A stretch of 61,101 nt of DNA, taken from NCBI RefSeq assembly GCF_001194135.2, contig NC_068985.1, positions 105,951,234 through 106,012,334 on the forward strand. Direction: 5' to 3'. The stretch is from Octopus bimaculoides (Eukaryota). Below, in pieces: positions 61,062-61,101 of the stretch (positions within the stretch are counted from its first letter, which is position 1; every line of letters begins with the position of its first letter). The notes beneath the pieces were generated by a model. That model had not been told where the DNA came from. It saw only the letters and a program-made list of their open reading frames with translations, and did not search any database. A program made the translations under genes and the position numbers.

Positions 61062-61101
<40 letters not shown>
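61046..61101. repeat. (TA)n microsatellite at the window end
   Basis: Direct observation. Confidence 0.9.

Overview
AT-rich, SINE-dense animal genomic DNA. The repeat families and gene style suggest an Octopus or other coleoid cephalopod (inference). It has three N-gaps (5155-5343, 21670-22042, 41071-41359). Five intron-containing protein genes were built by hand from splice sites and reading-frame continuity: (1) the last two coding exons of an unidentified + strand gene (1284-2664); (2) RPL34 (-, 5 coding exons including a 14-nt microexon, 113 aa, plus a non-coding first exon); (3) VTI1A (+, 8 exons, 216 aa), head-to-head with RPL34; (4) NME5/NDK5 (-, 5 exons); (5) the 5' part of FBF1 (+), head-to-head with NME5 and running off the window. 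The most striking structure is in the 7.4-kb last intron of RPL34. It holds a tandem array of six intact, same-family box C/D snoRNA genes (SNORD88/snR76-like guide to 28S rRNA) and about five decayed paralogues, partly produced by nested local tandem duplications. Other items of note: a telomere-repeat-like inverted repeat in the RPL34/VTI1A bidirectional promoter, a GC-rich two-hairpin element in RPL34 intron 2, and long fold-back elements near the first gene's exon. Most ORFs in the supplied track are spurious (repeats, microsatellites, gaps). Repeat coordinates are approximate, and homology calls rest on recalled sequences, not database searches.
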